The translations under genes and the position numbers were made by a program. Below, one piece after another: positions 1-7,983 of a stretch of DNA of 27,754 nucleotides (position 1 is its first letter; each line of letters opens with the position of its first letter). Where the stretch lies: positions 1-27,754 of the IMG/VR virus record IMGVR_UViG_3300020168_000026; one strand, written 5' to 3'. Below the pieces are notes generated by a model. It saw only the letters and a program-made list of their open reading frames with translations. It ran no database searches and was not told the DNA's origin. Origin of the DNA: a virus (taxonomy: Duplodnaviria > Caudoviricetes).

Positions 1-1
1 C

Positions 2-490
2 CTCGCTTGTCAGCGTGCGCCGCTCGGTGAACTGCTCGGGCCACTGGCTCGGGTCGGACGGCCCGATCAGAGCCGGAGATCCGGCCCTCTGCATCCTGAT
101 CCGCCCCAGGGCGGTCTCGATCGCCACGTCCCGCTCCCCGGTCCGCTGGCGCTCCACCTCGATCAGGGTCGGGAGCACCTCCCGCTTGATCCGATCCACC
201 GCCCGGGAGGCTCGCCGGATCCTGGCGTCCAGGGGTGCCATGAGGGCCTTCTTCGCGGACCGGTGGGACTCCACCTCTCCCTCAACCCTGGCGAGAACGT
301 AGAGAGCCGCCTCCGCCTTCTGGGGCACGTCGGACGCGAGGTCATCCCACCACGCGAGGATCTCCTGCTCTAGAGCCTCGGCCTTGAGGTCTCCTTCGGG
401 GGTCCCCTCCTGGCAGGCGAGAGCCCACCGGGCCTCCAAGTCGAGGACGAACTGGCACTCACTGGCGATCTGGGCTGTGGTCTTGCTCAT
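2..490 (-). CDS. Siphovirus Gp157-like (Gam-like coiled-coil) protein, truncated by the window edge
   Basis: Not in the ORF track because it runs off the edge. ATG at 490 overlaps the ERF stop (ATGA). Translates MSKTTAQIASECQFVLDLEARW...QKAEAALYVLARVEGEVESHRSAKKALMAPLDARIRRASRAVDRIKREVL...IETALGRIRMQR...; this pattern and the position next to ERF fit Gp157. Confidence 0.6.
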   Translation of the reverse strand, partial: MSKTTAQIASECQFVLDLEARWALACQEGTPEGDLKAEALEQEILAWWDDLASDVPQKAEAALYVLARVEGEVESHRSAKKALMAPLDARIRRASRAVDRIKREVLPTLIEVERQRTGERDVAIETALGRIRMQRAGSPALIGPSDPSQWPEQFTERRTLTSE

Positions 491-1140
491 CGTCCCCTCC
501 TGGCGTTCTCGCGGAGTGCGAAGATCACGGCCTCCCGGCCCGTCTTGCTCCCCATCATGTCCTCGATGCCGAGCCCGGTCGTCTCCTGGACCATGCTCTC
601 AGCCTCCGCCCGGTTGGCCTCATCGGAGAGGTCCCCGAACACATGGATCAGCGCATTCGTGACGTGCTGGACGCTGTACTCAGGCACCCGCCCCGCGGGT
701 GGCCGCGGGCGTCCCTGAGAGCGCCCTTGGGAGCGTCCAGACGGTCCGCTCGCGTTCCCGTCGTCGTCCTCCTGGGCCACGCCACAGATCGCCGCCAGAG
801 AGTACCTCCTCAGGTAACTCACAGCCGATCCAAGGGCTTGTGCCTCGTTCCCACCTCGGACGGTGGCAGTTGTGGCGACCGTGCCACAGTCCAGGCTCCC
901 AGACTCATGGAGGAGGACGGTCTGGATTGTGACCCTCCCGTGCTCGTCGTTCCCTGGCATCTGGACCACCGCGATCCCCTGCTCCGCGAGGGCGGGGATC
1001 ACCACGTCCCGCACGGCGGCGAGGGACGCGAAGCGGCTCTTGAAGTGGGGGTTGGCCGAGTCCTTCACCACGTTGTCCATCGCGGCTTGGGCTTTGGCGA
1101 GGGCGGCAAAGAGCGCCCCCGGGTGTGTCTTGTCTTCCAT
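487..1140 (-). CDS. erf: ERF-family single-strand annealing protein
   Basis: Motifs ALAKAQ..VVKDSANPHFKSRFASL and QALGSAVSYLRRYSLAAICGVAQEDDDGN; SD GGAGAGAGAG. Confidence 0.93.
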   Translation of the reverse strand: MEDKTHPGALFAALAKAQAAMDNVVKDSANPHFKSRFASLAAVRDVVIPALAEQGIAVVQMPGNDEHGRVTIQTVLLHESGSLDCGTVATTATVRGGNEAQALGSAVSYLRRYSLAAICGVAQEDDDGNASGPSGRSQGRSQGRPRPPAGRVPEYSVQHVTNALIHVFGDLSDEANRAEAESMVQETTGLGIEDMMGSKTGREAVIFALRENARRGR

Positions 1141-1152
1141 CTCTCTCTCCTA

Positions 1153-1380
1153 TCAGATGGCGTTTCTACAGTGCGGACCTTCCGTGATCACCGGAAGGCG
1201 TCCGAACCTCTGAGGCATCGGTGGACCCGCGAGCCACTCCCGCACCATCTCCTTCTCATGCTCGAAGGCCACGCCCTCCAGAACGGCGAGGACCGTCTGG
1301 ACCCGCTCCCGCTCCTCGGGGGTTAGCTCCGCGAGGAGGAGGAAGGCGCGCAAGGCGGAGCACAGGTCATCGCGTCTCAT
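1153..1380 (-). CDS. hypothetical protein (75 aa)
   Basis: ATG at 1380 follows SD GGAGAGAG; first gene of the leftward operon. The longer ORF-track extension overlaps a plus-strand gene. Confidence 0.6.
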   Translation of the reverse strand: MRRDDLCSALRAFLLLAELTPEERERVQTVLAVLEGVAFEHEKEMVREWLAGPPMPQRFGRLPVITEGPHCRNAI

Positions 1381-1403
1381 CGTTTCTCTCTCCATCGGTG
1401 TGA

Positions 1404-1483
1404 ACTGTACACCTACAGGCGAGGGGGTCAAGTGGTGAAGTGGAAAAAAGTCCACCCCACGCCGGGGGCCTCTGGTGTACAGT
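1404..1483. promoter_or_regulatory. divergent promoter/operator region with 10-bp inverted repeat ACTGTACACC / GGTGTACAGT
   Basis: Arms at 1404-1413 and 1474-1483; each supplies a TACAGT -10-like hexamer; minus-strand TTGACC at 1431-1426 (16-bp spacer). Confidence 0.5.
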
Positions 1484-1503
1484 CCAGCCAGGAGGTGAGA
1501 GAG

Positions 1504-1791
1504 ATGCAGATCGAGATCAAGCCAGAGGACGGAGTGGTCCTCCCGCACATCGGCCCGGTTCGAGGCGTGGTGAGCTATGCCCCCGGATACCCGAGCACAT
1601 ATTGGGAGCCAGAAGAGGGTCCAGAGGTGGAGAGAGCGGACCTGATCGACTCCTACGGTCGGCCCCTGGTGTGGGACTCGATGCCGGATGAGATGTGGGA
1701 CGCGGCATGGTGCGCCTTGGAAGAAGCGGTGAGCGAGATCTACGGGGCGATGTATGACGAGGCCATGACGAGGAGCCTCGAAGATGCATAG
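1504..1791 (+). CDS. acidic hypothetical phage protein (95 aa)
   Basis: SD GGAGGTGA before ATG 1504; about 21 D/E versus 5 K/R. Confidence 0.75.
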   Translation: MQIEIKPEDGVVLPHIGPVRGVVSYAPGYPSTYWEPEEGPEVERADLIDSYGRPLVWDSMPDEMWDAAWCALEEAVSEIYGAMYDEAMTRSLEDA

Positions 1792-1999
1792 CAAGTGTCT
1801 ACAAGCCGCGGCCCTGTACGGTCCCCGCGCCGCGTGCGGGCCGGAGTGCCTCGTGGTGGAGCGTTACGCATGGGCGATGGGTGCCCGCGGGGAGGCTCTC
1901 CCGGAGAAGGTCCCGCCCCTGGCTCGGGAGGCGTGGGAGCACGGGCGGAGGTCCGTGAGGAGGCCGCTTGACCGCAAGCGGATCCCCTGCATAGACTGA
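1784..1999 (+). CDS. hypothetical protein (71 aa)
   Basis: ATG overlaps the end of the upstream gene; GAGGAG upstream. Confidence 0.55.
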   Translation: MHSKCLQAAALYGPRAACGPECLVVERYAWAMGARGEALPEKVPPLAREAWEHGRRSVRRPLDRKRIPCID

Positions 2000-2172
2000 T
2001 CGAGTCCGAGAGGACACACCGCCGAGCGCGGGTTTCGTGAACGCCCCCTCCCCCACTGCTGGCCAGCAATCCGGGGGAGGGCGGCGGAACCCCGCCTCGA
2101 AGACGAACCCCGCGCCGCCCACCTACAGGCGAGCGCATGACACCCGCGACAGCGGGAATGGAGAGGTGCGCC

Positions 2173-2373
2173 GTGAACGAAAACAGAGACGGTATCGAGA
2201 TGGGCACGGTGATCAACTGCACGGTGGAGCAACTGCTCAACGCCATGTGGGACCACGTCACCGGACACGGAAACGATCCCGTGGCGAGCATCGTGGAGAT
2301 CCGGGTCCGTTGCGCTGGTGGGCGCGTCGTGGTCTTCCGCGACGACGAGAAGGCAGAGGTCCACGGTGGCTGA
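2173..2373 (+). CDS. hypothetical protein (66 aa)
   Basis: GTG 2173 after GGAGAGGT; stop overlaps the replication gene start. Confidence 0.6.
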   Translation: MNENRDGIEMGTVINCTVEQLLNAMWDHVTGHGNDPVASIVEIRVRCAGGRVVVFRDDEKAEVHGG

Positions 2374-3472
2374 CGTTCAGCCAGACCGGGCGATGCCGGT
2401 CCACCGGGACCTCTTCGCGGTCCTCAACAATGCCGACCTGACCCCGAGCGAGTTCCGTATGGTCCTCGCGCTGATCCGCGCCTCCTGGGGCTGGGGAAAG
2501 ACCACGACCGAGCACAGGTTCTCCCATGCGGTGATCGAGTCCTTGACCGGGATCCGCGATCGGAAGCAGCGCAAGCGAGCCTTGGACGGCCTCAGGCGGA
2601 AGGGCGTGATCGTCCTCGTCCGTGAAGCTGACCCGCGCGCCTCCAGGCCCGCCGAGTGGGCTCTGGTCAAGGATTACGATTCGTGGGACTGCGCCCCGCT
2701 CGGGTGCCCCATATGGAGACAAGCCCCCGGGGGTGCGGAGCCCCCCGGGGTGGAGAGCCCCCAGGGGCACGAAGCCCCGCATGGTGTAGCCCCCCCGGGA
2801 CCCCCGGGGTGCGGAACCCCCCAGCCCCCGGGGGTGCGGAACCCCCCACATGAAGCACAAGAAGAAGCACAAGAAGAAGCACAAGACTTGAACGTCGGCG
2901 GAGCGCCGACCCTGTTTCCGATGCCGAAGGCTAAAACGGCGGCTCAGGTTCGGGCAGAGCAGGCGGAGACGCTGATCGCCCGGTGGCATGAACTCGCCAA
3001 GACTCGGCGGTCCAAGGGCTCGAAGGCTGACGGACTGAGGCTCTCTAGTGCGAAGAAGGCGATCCAGGCCCACGGCTACGAAGCGATCGCGGAAGATCTG
3101 GAGGCTCTCGCCGTCGATGAGTGGTGGCGGGGGAAGAACGACCGAGGATCCGACGCATTCAAGGTCAACGGCCCAGAGGCCATGTGGGGCTTCAACTCCG
3201 AGTACAAGCGGAACACGCTGATCAAGCGGCTGGACAAGAGGGCGAGGGGCGTCCTCTCCGCTCCAAGCGTCCCCTCGGTCAAGGTCGAGCGGTGGTGGCG
3301 GGAGGTTGACGGGCACGCCCAGAAGGCGCGGGGCGACATCGACACTCTCCGCGTATTGGGTCAGATCCAGACGTTCGATCAAGCCCTGGACTACATCGCC
3401 CGCCAGGAGGGAGCGCCCTCGGTCCAAGCCCTTCGTCCCATCGTGGCGCGGTGGTGGGAGGATCAGCGGTGA
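2366..3472 (+). CDS. lambda O-like phage replication initiator
   Basis: N-terminal winged helix ADLTPSEFRMVLALIRASWGWGK...FSHAVIESLTG; Pro/Gly repeat linker; directly upstream of DnaB (GTGA overlap). Confidence 0.8.
   Translation: MADVQPDRAMPVHRDLFAVLNNADLTPSEFRMVLALIRASWGWGKTTTEHRFSHAVIESLTGIRDRKQRKRALDGLRRKGVIVLVREADPRASRPAEWALVKDYDSWDCAPLGCPIWRQAPGGAEPPGVESPQGHEAPHGVAPPGPPGCGTPQPPGVRNPPHEAQEEAQEEAQDLNVGGAPTLFPMPKAKTAAQVRAEQAETLIARWHELAKTRRSKGSKADGLRLSSAKKAIQAHGYEAIAEDLEALAVDEWWRGKNDRGSDAFKVNGPEAMWGFNSEYKRNTLIKRLDKRARGVLSAPSVPSVKVERWWREVDGHAQKARGDIDTLRVLGQIQTFDQALDYIARQEGAPSVQALRPIVARWWEDQR
2722..2886. repeat. putative replication origin: iterons plus A-rich tandem repeat inside the initiator gene
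   Basis: GGGGTGCGGA(A/G)CCCCCC at 2730, 2806 and 2831 plus degenerate copies, then GAAGCACAAGA(A) three times at 2852-2886; same layout as lambda ori inside gene O. Confidence 0.65.
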
Positions 3473-4770
3473 TCATCTCGGACAAGATCCCCCACGACGT
3501 GGGAGCGGAGCGGGCTTGCCTCGGGGCGGTCCTGATGTCACCGGACACGCTCTGGGACCTACAGGCCCAGGGAGTGGTCCCGGAGTCGTTCTACTCCGAG
3601 CCCCATCGTCTGATCTGGCGGACCTATCTGGAGTGCTCCCAGGCGAACGAGCCGATGGATCCGGTGGGAGTGGCTGGACGCCTGGAGCGGGCGGGGATGC
3701 TCGACAAGATCGGCGGGTACCCGTATCTCGTCGGCCTCCTGGGCTCCTGTCCGATGACCTCGGAGGTGGACAAGTACGCAGCCCGCGTCCTCATGGACGC
3801 CCGAGCCCGCGCCCTGATGACCTCGTGTGTGATGGCTCACGCCAACCTGAGCCGGGGCGGGGACTTCGAGGGAGCGGCCAAGATGCTCGGGGACACCATC
3901 GAGGAGGGCTCTCCCAAGCCCCCCACGTGCTCTCCCGTCTCCGATACGGCCCACCGGGTGGTGGACCGGCTGATCCGCGACGAGCCGGGGGCTCAGGCCC
4001 TCCCAACGGGGATCCGCGAGCTAGACGAGGAGCACGGACGGCTGATCGTGCTCGGGAAGGTGATCCTCATCCTCGGAGCGTCCGGTTTGGGGAAGTCCGC
4101 CCTCATGGGCCAGCTAGCGAAGGGACTCGCCGCCAACGGTCATCCCGGGTGCCTGTTCGGTCTGGAGATGACCCGGGACGAGTACATGGAGCGGGACCTC
4201 GCGAACGAGGGCCGGATCAGTTACAGCCGGATCCAGCACGGAAGCCTCACGGACGAGGAGAAGGCGATCTTGGTCGGAGCCCACGAGCGGATCGACCGGC
4301 TCCCGTATTGGGTGGACGACGACCTCCCGACCATGCCCGAGATCTACGCCAGGACCCGCCGAGGGGTCAGGACCGAGGGCTGGCAGTGGATCGGGATCGA
4401 TCACGCCCACATCGTCCCCGCCTCCGACGACAGGATGACCGAGCCCGAGCGGATCTCCGAGATCGCGGAGTACGCCCAGAGGATCGGGAAGAAGTGCGGG
4501 GTGGCCGTGATCCTGTGCGTACAGATGAACTCCGACGTTAAAAAGCGGACCGACAAGCGGCCCAAACTCGGAGACATCGACTATGGGAAGAAACTCGTTC
4601 AGGCGGCGTCCACCGCTCTCGGGCTCTACAGGGACGATTACTACAACCCTGAGTCAGGCGTGAAGGGACTGGCGGAGGTGTCGATCCTTAAGGCCCGGTT
4701 CGGACGCCTGGGGCGGGCCAAGATGAGGTGGCGGGGAGAGTTCCAGAGGTTCGATCCGGTCGTGGGCTGA
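3469..4770 (+). CDS. dnaB: DnaB-like replicative helicase
   Basis: IPHDVGAERACLGAVL N-terminus, Walker A GASGLGKS, FGLEM, IDHAH, CVQMN, KRPKLGDI, ILKARFG. Confidence 0.95.
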   Translation: MIISDKIPHDVGAERACLGAVLMSPDTLWDLQAQGVVPESFYSEPHRLIWRTYLECSQANEPMDPVGVAGRLERAGMLDKIGGYPYLVGLLGSCPMTSEVDKYAARVLMDARARALMTSCVMAHANLSRGGDFEGAAKMLGDTIEEGSPKPPTCSPVSDTAHRVVDRLIRDEPGAQALPTGIRELDEEHGRLIVLGKVILILGASGLGKSALMGQLAKGLAANGHPGCLFGLEMTRDEYMERDLANEGRISYSRIQHGSLTDEEKAILVGAHERIDRLPYWVDDDLPTMPEIYARTRRGVRTEGWQWIGIDHAHIVPASDDRMTEPERISEIAEYAQRIGKKCGVAVILCVQMNSDVKKRTDKRPKLGDIDYGKKLVQAASTALGLYRDDYYNPESGVKGLAEVSILKARFGRLGRAKMRWRGEFQRFDPVVG

Positions 4771-4882
4771 TCGTGGTGCGTCTCGCCTTTTTCGGAAAAA
4801 GCGCGCTATCCGCTTGTGCTGGGATGAGGCTTGTCCTATAAATAATCCAACGGGGGGCAACGAAGCCCCAAGGAGAGAGACC
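4771..4882 (+). promoter_or_regulatory. promoter cassette P1
   Basis: CTCGCCTTT box; TTGTGC 4814 - 17 bp - TATAAA 4837; hairpin GGGGC-AACGAA-GCCCC; SD AGGAGAGAGA. Confidence 0.85.
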
Positions 4883-5095
4883 ATGACCAACGCCGACATC
4901 GCGACCCGAGACCTCATCGCCGCCATCCGCACCGCCGTTGCCGCGCCCAAGGGATGCGCCTTCAACTCGGTGAGCCGCTACATGGCCGAGGCGGACTACC
5001 TCCTCGCCAACACCGACCTCAACACGGACGCCGCGCGCCGTCGCGCCGGGAGCATCCGCCGCGCCGTGGAGACCAACGTCGCTCTCTACGCCTAA
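4883..5095 (+). CDS. small cassette protein (70 aa)
   Basis: ATG directly after the P1 SD. Confidence 0.8.
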   Translation: MTNADIATRDLIAAIRTAVAAPKGCAFNSVSRYMAEADYLLANTDLNTDAARRRAGSIRRAVETNVALYA

Positions 5096-5105
5096 CCACT
5101 CCAGC

Positions 5106-5132
5106 GCCCCGCCCGGGGCCTCGTACCGGGCA
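5106..5132 (+). ncRNA. 27-nt pseudoknot-like intergenic motif, copy a
   Basis: GCCCC GCCCGG GGC CTCGTA CCGGGC A. Confidence 0.6.
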
Positions 5133-5142
5133 AGGAGGAGAC

Positions 5143-5307
5143 ATGGACACCGCCACCGCTCGCGGAATCTTCCGCACCTACATCACCGAGGCCGCGTTCT
5201 ACGCCCGGTCCCTGCGCTCCCAGCGCAACCCCTCCACCCGCCTGTGGCTCGCCACGCGGGTCCACAAGTACCGGACCCTGGCCCGAGAGGCCGCGCGGGA
5301 CCTGTAG
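5143..5307 (+). CDS. small basic cassette protein (54 aa)
   Basis: SD AAGGAGGAG; MDTATARGIFRTYITEAAFYARSL... Confidence 0.75.
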   Translation: MDTATARGIFRTYITEAAFYARSLRSQRNPSTRLWLATRVHKYRTLAREAARDL

Positions 5308-5320
5308 GAGGGGCGGCTGA

Positions 5321-5433
5321 CCGCTACACGGCTCGCCTTTTTCAAAAATAGTTCGATATGCGCTTGCGCTGAGAATCACCCGGGCCTATAAATAGTCCAA
5401 CGGGGGGCAACGAAGCCCTAGAGGAGAGAGACC
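5321..5433 (+). promoter_or_regulatory. promoter cassette P2
   Basis: CCGCTACACGGCTCGCCTTT box; TTGCGC 5364 - 17 bp - TATAAA 5387; hairpin; SD GAGGAGAGAGA. Confidence 0.85.
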
Positions 5434-5736
5434 ATGTACCCCAGCTTGACCGGATACGACGCCTGGAAGACCGCGACCCCGCCCGAGGGCGCGTGCGAGC
5501 ACTGCGACCACGTCTACTGTCCCGAGGTGTGCGAGGTGTGCGGCGAGTGCCTCCACGCTGGAGACTGGACGGAGGTCCAGGGGCACGAGGTTTGCGCCTC
5601 GTGCGTCGAGGGCGGGTGCCCGACCCAGGACTACCAGCCGTGCGAGGTGTGCGGCGAGTGGGCCACCCTCAAGATCGGCTCCGTGACGATCTGCACCATG
5701 CCCGAGTGCGACACCCACAAGCGGCGGGAGGCTTGA
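5434..5736 (+). CDS. Cys-rich multi-zinc-finger protein (100 aa)
   Basis: Repeated CxxC (CEHC, CEVC twice, CASC); cassette SD. Confidence 0.8.
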   Translation: MYPSLTGYDAWKTATPPEGACEHCDHVYCPEVCEVCGECLHAGDWTEVQGHEVCASCVEGGCPTQDYQPCEVCGEWATLKIGSVTICTMPECDTHKRREA

Positions 5737-5738
5737 CC

Positions 5739-5924
5739 ATGAGCAACGAAAACCATCACCCACGCTGCGCCACCCTGATCGACAGCGTGCTCCGCTGCAC
5801 CTGCGCCCAGGAGGACGCCTGGGACGACAAGATGGCGGAGGAGGAGGAGATCCTTAGCTGGGTGCCCTGCGACTGCCATCGGGGGTGCGAGCGATGCGGC
5901 GGCGAAGGGTACGTCTACGAATGA
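5739..5924 (+). CDS. small Cys-rich protein (61 aa)
   Basis: ATG 5739 after GGGAGG; ends with CERCGGEG, a DnaJ-type zinc knuckle. Confidence 0.7.
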   Translation: MSNENHHPRCATLIDSVLRCTCAQEDAWDDKMAEEEEILSWVPCDCHRGCERCGGEGYVYE

Positions 5925-6295
5925 GCCGGGCGATCTTGACCAACCTGCGCCCCTTCGGGGGCTCCTTCCGAGCCACGGCCACCCTCCTCCCCGGAGGACG
6001 CCACGAGGTGGCCCTGGAGGCCCGAGCGGGGCGCGTGTTCCTGGCGAAACCATACCCCGAAGGGCTCGGGGGCTCGGGCTTGTACGACCTCTCCACGGCC
6101 CTCCACCGTCTCAGGCTGGACCCCTCGGACACGCGGCCCCGGTACGTCTGGGCTTGCGGACACGAAGAGCCGGACCGGTGGTCCGTGGTGGTGGACCTGG
6201 GGCGGAAGTGCCCCGGGTGCATGGCCGAGGACAAGACCCGAGAGGCGGGCGGACGGGATCTGTTCGGGGAGGGCGTGCGAGCCCTGCACGATTAG
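5921..6295 (+). CDS. hypothetical protein (124 aa)
   Basis: ATGA overlap with the upstream gene; CGH...CPGC zinc-ribbon-like pair. Confidence 0.7.
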   Translation: MSRAILTNLRPFGGSFRATATLLPGGRHEVALEARAGRVFLAKPYPEGLGGSGLYDLSTALHRLRLDPSDTRPRYVWACGHEEPDRWSVVVDLGRKCPGCMAEDKTREAGGRDLFGEGVRALHD

Positions 6296-6388
6296 AGCGC
6301 CCAGGACGCCGCCAGAGCGCGTTTCAGGGCTCGACCCTTGCCGGGGTATGCCTGGAGGTGGAAAGCGCACGAGAGCGGCTCTCAGGCG

Positions 6389-6496
6389 TCCCGGATATTT
6401 TCTTCTCTTTTTCTCTCTTTTCCACTTGCGCCGTGATGGGCGGGTCTAGTACAAATAGTCCAACGGCGGGACACAACGTCCCAGAGGAGAGAGACC
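6389..6496 (+). promoter_or_regulatory. promoter cassette P3
   Basis: T-tracts; TTGCGC 6426 - 18 bp - TACAAA 6450; hairpin GGGAC-ACAAC-GTCCC; SD GAGGAGAGAGA. Confidence 0.8.
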
Positions 6497-6745
6497 ATGA
6501 CCCACGAAGCCCGATACTCCATCCGCGGAACCAACGGACACAACGCTGACGATCTGACGCTTTACGAAGCGGCCAAGGCTCTGATCGCAGCGCGGAAGGA
6601 TGAGGCCCTGACCGACGCGAGCCACATCCGCCGCGGTGGCCGCCCGGTGGCTTTCTTCTGCGAGTGGCTGAACGTGGTACGCCCGATGTACAAGGCCCTC
6701 ACGGAGGAGGCCGAGGTCATCGCGGTGTGGGAGATGGGGAGCTAG
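6497..6745 (+). CDS. small cassette protein (82 aa)
   Basis: ATG after the P3 SD. Confidence 0.8.
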   Translation: MTHEARYSIRGTNGHNADDLTLYEAAKALIAARKDEALTDASHIRRGGRPVAFFCEWLNVVRPMYKALTEEAEVIAVWEMGS

Positions 6746-6767
6746 ATCGGACCGGGGGTTCCTGGGC

Positions 6768-7067
6768 TCACTTCGAGCCTCGGCACCCCTCGCGGACGGC
6801 CTCTCGGACCGTCTCCCGGAGCGGGACGCCGTGCTCTCGGGACCGCTGGATCAGCCTCTCAAGGTCGCGCGGATCTGCCAGGACGCCGAAGGCGACCTCC
6901 CGGATCAGGGTCTGCTCGGAGCACCGGGAGCCGGATCTCATGGCGGGGACACGGAGGCCCCTCTCACGGAGGAACGCCAGCGCGTCCGCGATCATGGCGT
7001 TCTCGTCGTCGGTCTGGCCCCGCTCCTGATCCGCCCCGTATAGCGTGAGTCTGATGTCTCGCTTCAT
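6768..7067 (-). CDS. hypothetical protein, possible regulator, probably leaderless (99 aa)
   Basis: Minus-strand TTGACC-17-TACATT ends 6 nt before ATG 7067; no SD. Confidence 0.6.
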   Translation of the reverse strand: MKRDIRLTLYGADQERGQTDDENAMIADALAFLRERGLRVPAMRSGSRCSEQTLIREVAFGVLADPRDLERLIQRSREHGVPLRETVREAVREGCRGSK

Positions 7068-7073
7068 GCGACA

Positions 7074-7124
7074 AATGTACAGCCCAACCCTTGACCGGTC
7101 AATGTGTGTCCCTGTACTGTACAC
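7074..7124. promoter_or_regulatory. back-to-back promoters sharing the palindrome TTGACCGGTCAA
   Basis: Palindrome at 7091-7102 gives a -35 on both strands; -10 TACATT (minus, 7079-7074) and TACTGT (plus, 7115-7120). Confidence 0.7.
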
Positions 7125-7151
7125 CCCGACCCGTGGAGGACCGAGACCCTG

Positions 7152-7427
7152 ATGGATGACGACGACCGGGAGAAGCTATCCGAGGCCCTGGGGAGATCCC
7201 GCGGATGCTCGATCACGCTTGCGCTCGATCCGCACGAGGCGGAGGCCCTCCGAGAGTGGCGGGACCGGTGCTGTATCGGGTGCGGCCACTTCTACGTGGG
7301 CGGGATCAACTGCTCGCGGTGTGGAGAGCCTGGGGAGCCCCTAGAGAGGCCCCAGGACGGCCAACGGTCGGACGCCACGGCCCTGGCCCTTGGGCTGGAG
7401 GTCATGGGGATCGGAGGGGACGGATGA
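7152..7427 (+). CDS. zinc-ribbon hypothetical protein (91 aa)
   Basis: SD GGAGGA; CIGC...CSRC. Confidence 0.7.
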   Translation: MDDDDREKLSEALGRSRGCSITLALDPHEAEALREWRDRCCIGCGHFYVGGINCSRCGEPGEPLERPQDGQRSDATALALGLEVMGIGGDG

Positions 7428-7687
7428 TCCCCCGGGACTGGATCAACCTGTGGCGGGACGAGGATCACATCGTCCTGGAGGCGGTGATCGAACTCGGCGG
7501 AGGTCCTCTCTTGGCGATGGAGGTAGCGGGCCACTGTGAGATCGAAGCGGAGCGAGTGTGGCAAGCCCTGAGACGGCTCGTCTGGCGGGGTGTCCTCCAG
7601 TACGGGCCAGCCCTGAGAAACCGCGCCCGGTGGGAGCTATCCCGCGAGACGCGGCGACGACTTGAGGAGATGGAGGAGAGAGCATGA
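7424..7687 (+). CDS. winged helix-turn-helix protein (87 aa)
   Basis: ATGA overlap; AMEVAGHCEIEAERVWQALRRLVWRGVL. Confidence 0.7.
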   Translation: MIPRDWINLWRDEDHIVLEAVIELGGGPLLAMEVAGHCEIEAERVWQALRRLVWRGVLQYGPALRNRARWELSRETRRRLEEMEERA

Positions 7688-7983
7688 GGCACGAAGCGAG
7701 GATCACCGTCTGCTCGGTCATGCGGGACCTGAGCATGGACGCGGGGAGCGACACCGGGAAGCGTGTCGCGTGGTCGGCGGGCTCCCGGGTGCGGGATATG
7801 TGGGAGGCGGAGCACGACCGACGCCCCGAGATGCGTCTGGTCCAGAAGACCAGCGGCAGCGGGACGCATGACAAGGCCGTCTATCCCGAGTCATGGCGGG
7901 GGCGGATCGAGGAGGCGATCTACACCGCCGAGGTGGAGGTAGGCGCGGTGCCTGATCCGCGTCAAGTGGGCTTGTTCGGGTGA
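7684..7983 (+). CDS. hypothetical protein with C-terminal QVGLF
   Basis: Overlapping start/stop codons at both ends; SD GGAGGAG. Confidence 0.75.
   Translation: MRHEARITVCSVMRDLSMDAGSDTGKRVAWSAGSRVRDMWEAEHDRRPEMRLVQKTSGSGTHDKAVYPESWRGRIEEAIYTAEVEVGAVPDPRQVGLFG

Noticed and set aside
2258-3427. 389-aa minus-strand ORF
   Set aside because: Shadow of the replication initiator gene; such ORFs are expected at high GC.
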